This document shows, in pieces, positions 17,811 through 20,199 of a stretch of 20,199 nt of DNA. Source of the stretch: Promethearchaeota archaeon. GTDB taxonomy: Archaea; Asgardarchaeota; Lokiarchaeia; Sigyniarchaeales; SOKP01. Numbering within the stretch: the stretch's first letter is position 1; the number at the start of each line of letters is the position of its first letter. A program made the translations under genes and the position numbers. The stretch covers positions 1-20,199 of the forward strand of contig SHMW01000060.1 of NCBI GenBank assembly GCA_008080735.1, in the 5' to 3' direction. Below the pieces are notes generated by a model that made no database searches, had not been told where the DNA came from, and saw nothing but the letters and a program-made list of their open reading frames with translations.

Positions 17811-18644
17811 ATGGAAAATAATACACAATCTAATTCTGAAAATATTTTCGATGCTCATATGCATTATACAGGAAAATTTCTCAAGAAAAATGAAACTCTC
17901 TTAGAGTTTATGGATAGATTCGGAATTGATAAAGCGATTATCACTACTTTAAAAGTTTCCGCGAATCAGAGATTATTACTCCAGACAAATGAAGAAATCG
18001 ATGAGCAAAAGTATGCAGAAAATCTTTATGCTAAAGAACAATATAATCATGATATTGTTAGAGATCTGGTCTTAAAAAATCCTGATAGATTGTTTGGCTT
18101 TTATTGGTTTAATCCGCGAATAGCAAATGAATCGGATTGGGTCATTCTGGAGAAATACATAACCGAATATAAATTCAAAGGTGTTAAGACACAAACATCA
18201 TTAGATAATCTGGATTTATCCAAAGATTTGGATCGACTTGCTAAGTTCTGCATTAAGTTTGAAATTCCATTATATTTTCATTCTGGGGTTAATTTTTTCT
18301 TTCAAGAACCGTTTCGAACGAAATATCTTTTTGATTTCTTGAAAAATTATGAAGAATTGAAATTTATTATTGGTCATGCGGCATTTACTATGGAATATAT
18401 GATTTCCCTTCTTCGCTATTTTCAAACTTTTCCAAATGTATATTTTGAAACAAGTTTATCTGTTCCCTATGGCATTAATGTATTAATTAAGATGATGGGC
18501 CCAAATAAAGTCATATATGGATCCGATAGTCCCGCAGCAACTACGCCCGATATCGAAATACAGAAAATTAAATCCTTAAATCTAACACCAGAAATAGAGA
18601 AGCTTATTTTTTATGAAAATATAAGCAAATTAATTAGAATTTGA
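17811..18644 (+). CDS. Amidohydrolase_2 family metal-dependent hydrolase
   Basis: DAHMH, FKGVK, YFHSG, IIGHA, VYFETS and YGSDSP TIM-barrel metal motifs. Confidence 0.9.
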   Translation: MENNTQSNSENIFDAHMHYTGKFLKKNETLLEFMDRFGIDKAIITTLKVSANQRLLLQTNEEIDEQKYAENLYAKEQYNHDIVRDLVLKNPDRLFGFYWFNPRIANESDWVILEKYITEYKFKGVKTQTSLDNLDLSKDLDRLAKFCIKFEIPLYFHSGVNFFFQEPFRTKYLFDFLKNYEELKFIIGHAAFTMEYMISLLRYFQTFPNVYFETSLSVPYGINVLIKMMGPNKVIYGSDSPAATTPDIEIQKIKSLNLTPEIEKLIFYENISKLIRI

Positions 18645-20060
18645 ATTATAAAACCGATAAATATTATATAGCGCCTTAGCGGCTAAATGCTCATTTGGGT
18701 GGATTGAAATTCCTTTCTGATTAAGGTTCTTTATTATATCGGGCACCTTTTTAGCTCGTATATGGATAAAGGATCTCTTGACCTTCTTACTGAAGGAATC
18801 AGCGGAAACATTTACATCTATACCCGATACTATTGAAATAGGTTTAGAAATTTCATCTTGCAATTTTAGCAAATCCTTATATCGAGGAGTTAACATCGTC
18901 AACCAAATAAGCATCATGTCAACATTGGGATCATTTCCTACGATTTCATAGGCATTTTTTTCCAGGATTGGATCAAAAGTAGCTTGTAAACTTAAATCTA
19001 TTGGATTTGACATGCTCGATCCAAATTCTGGTATGTATTCTCTGAGTTTTGATTTAGATTCATCAGTTAAATCTGCCAATTTGAGATTATTCATTTCAAC
19101 TGCGTCCGCAGAACTCACTGCTGGTCCGCCAGGTCCTGATATGATCGCTACACGACGTCCATCTACAGGCATAGGATTTATGAATGCTTGAATCATGCTA
19201 ACCATTTCTTCCAAATTATAGACTCTATTTACTCCATATTGCTCAAAAATATTATTCCAGAGTTTGTCATTTCCGCTTAATGAACCAGTATGTGAGTGTG
19301 CTGCCTTTGATCCCGCTCCTGTTGCACCCGCTTTCCAAATTATTATTGGTTTCTTTATATTCTTCACTAATTTGATGAATCTCCTGCCATCATCGATACC
19401 TTCCATATAACATGCGATAATATTTGTCTTTGGGTCTTCCCCCAAATATTCTAAAAAATCATTAAAACCAAGATCAACAGCATTACCATAACTGATAGAT
19501 TTTGAAAAACGAATTCCTTTTAACATTGAACTAAACGCCAAGATATTCGCTATTGACCCACTCTGGCTGATGAAGCCCAATGATCCCGATTCTGTGGGAA
19601 GTGCGGGAAAGAACGATAGTCCCGTTTCGGGACAATAAAACCCCATACAATTTGGCCCAACTAAACGCATATTATATTTTTGAGCTATTTCCAATAGTTC
19701 TTGTTCTGCTTTCTTCCCTTGCTCTCCTTTCTCACCGAATCCCGCGGAAAAAATTACGACTGCTTTCACTCCGTACTTGCCGCATTCAATAATAATGTCT
19801 TTCACATATTTTGGATGAGTGGAACATATTGCCAAATCTATGGGCTTTCCAACAGAATACAAATCGGGGAATACAGGTACTCCCAAAATTTCCATATCTG
19901 GTTCAGTAATTCTGGGATTAATAATAAATAAGTTAGGAAATTCTTGGTCGATAAATCCTTGCAATAATATATTTCCAAGACCCCCCTTCCTACTTACACC
20001 ATAAATTGCTAGCGACTGTGAATGGAAAATATCCTCTATTTCCGATATTATATCATTCAA
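18630..20060 (-). CDS. Acyl-CoA synthetase (ADP-forming) alpha subunit, AcdA-like CoA-binding protein
   Basis: SAGFGE, RLVGPNCMG, FISQSGS, SYGNAVD, AAHSHTGSL (phospho-His loop) and SNPIDL motifs. TTG start; no ATP-grasp beta domain in this ORF. Confidence 0.88.
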   Translation of the reverse strand: MNDIISEIEDIFHSQSLAIYGVSRKGGLGNILLQGFIDQEFPNLFIINPRITEPDMEILGVPVFPDLYSVGKPIDLAICSTHPKYVKDIIIECGKYGVKAVVIFSAGFGEKGEQGKKAEQELLEIAQKYNMRLVGPNCMGFYCPETGLSFFPALPTESGSLGFISQSGSIANILAFSSMLKGIRFSKSISYGNAVDLGFNDFLEYLGEDPKTNIIACYMEGIDDGRRFIKLVKNIKKPIIIWKAGATGAGSKAAHSHTGSLSGNDKLWNNIFEQYGVNRVYNLEEMVSMIQAFINPMPVDGRRVAIISGPGGPAVSSADAVEMNNLKLADLTDESKSKLREYIPEFGSSMSNPIDLSLQATFDPILEKNAYEIVGNDPNVDMMLIWLTMLTPRYKDLLKLQDEISKPISIVSGIDVNVSADSFSKKVKRSFIHIRAKKVPDIIKNLNQKGISIHPNEHLAAKALYNIYRFYNSNSN

Positions 20061-20199
20061 TTAAACCATCCCTTTCTGAAAGAAATCAACTTTAAAATGA
20101 ATAATTTTCTTGTGTATAAAAATTCTGTTGAGAATAGTATTAAAGATTTTGATATAACCGTAATAATTGGATTTGGATCTTTTTCCTAAATCTCTATAC

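Noticed and set aside
19580-20004. Three short plus-strand ORFs
   Set aside because: Antisense to the AcdA-like gene.
1-20199. Genome-wide TAG reassignment or selenocysteine TGA
   Set aside because: TAG terminates the crotonase at its expected family end and two other genes. Both TGA stops fall at natural protein ends. In-frame TAGs occur only in otherwise damaged copies.

Overview
AT-rich prokaryotic chromosomal region. The gene style (GPH-type MFS, two URO-D-like proteins, a stand-alone 7TM protein, ADP-forming acyl-CoA synthetase alpha, oligo-T terminators) suggests an anaerobic archaeon, possibly Asgard/Lokiarchaeia-like; this is inference only. Left end: an exact 392-bp direct repeat (1-392 = 1292-1683) encodes a C-terminally short 2-oxoacid:ferredoxin oxidoreductase beta-like segment and brackets a PIN toxin plus a small unannotated partner ORF. 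The second copy has no upstream ATG and carries an in-frame TAG. Next is a sugar-related block (GPH transporter, divergent clan GH-D hydrolase, two divergently transcribed URO-D/methyltransferase-like genes), then a 7TM protein, a hypothetical, a CorA-like protein lacking GMN, an ArsB/NhaD permease and an enoyl-CoA hydratase. After these come a pseudogene abutting an IS200/IS605 right-end/omegaRNA remnant, YjbQ, GH172/DUF2961, an MFS transporter, an amidohydrolase and an AcdA-like ligase. No rRNA, tRNA or CRISPR array was seen.
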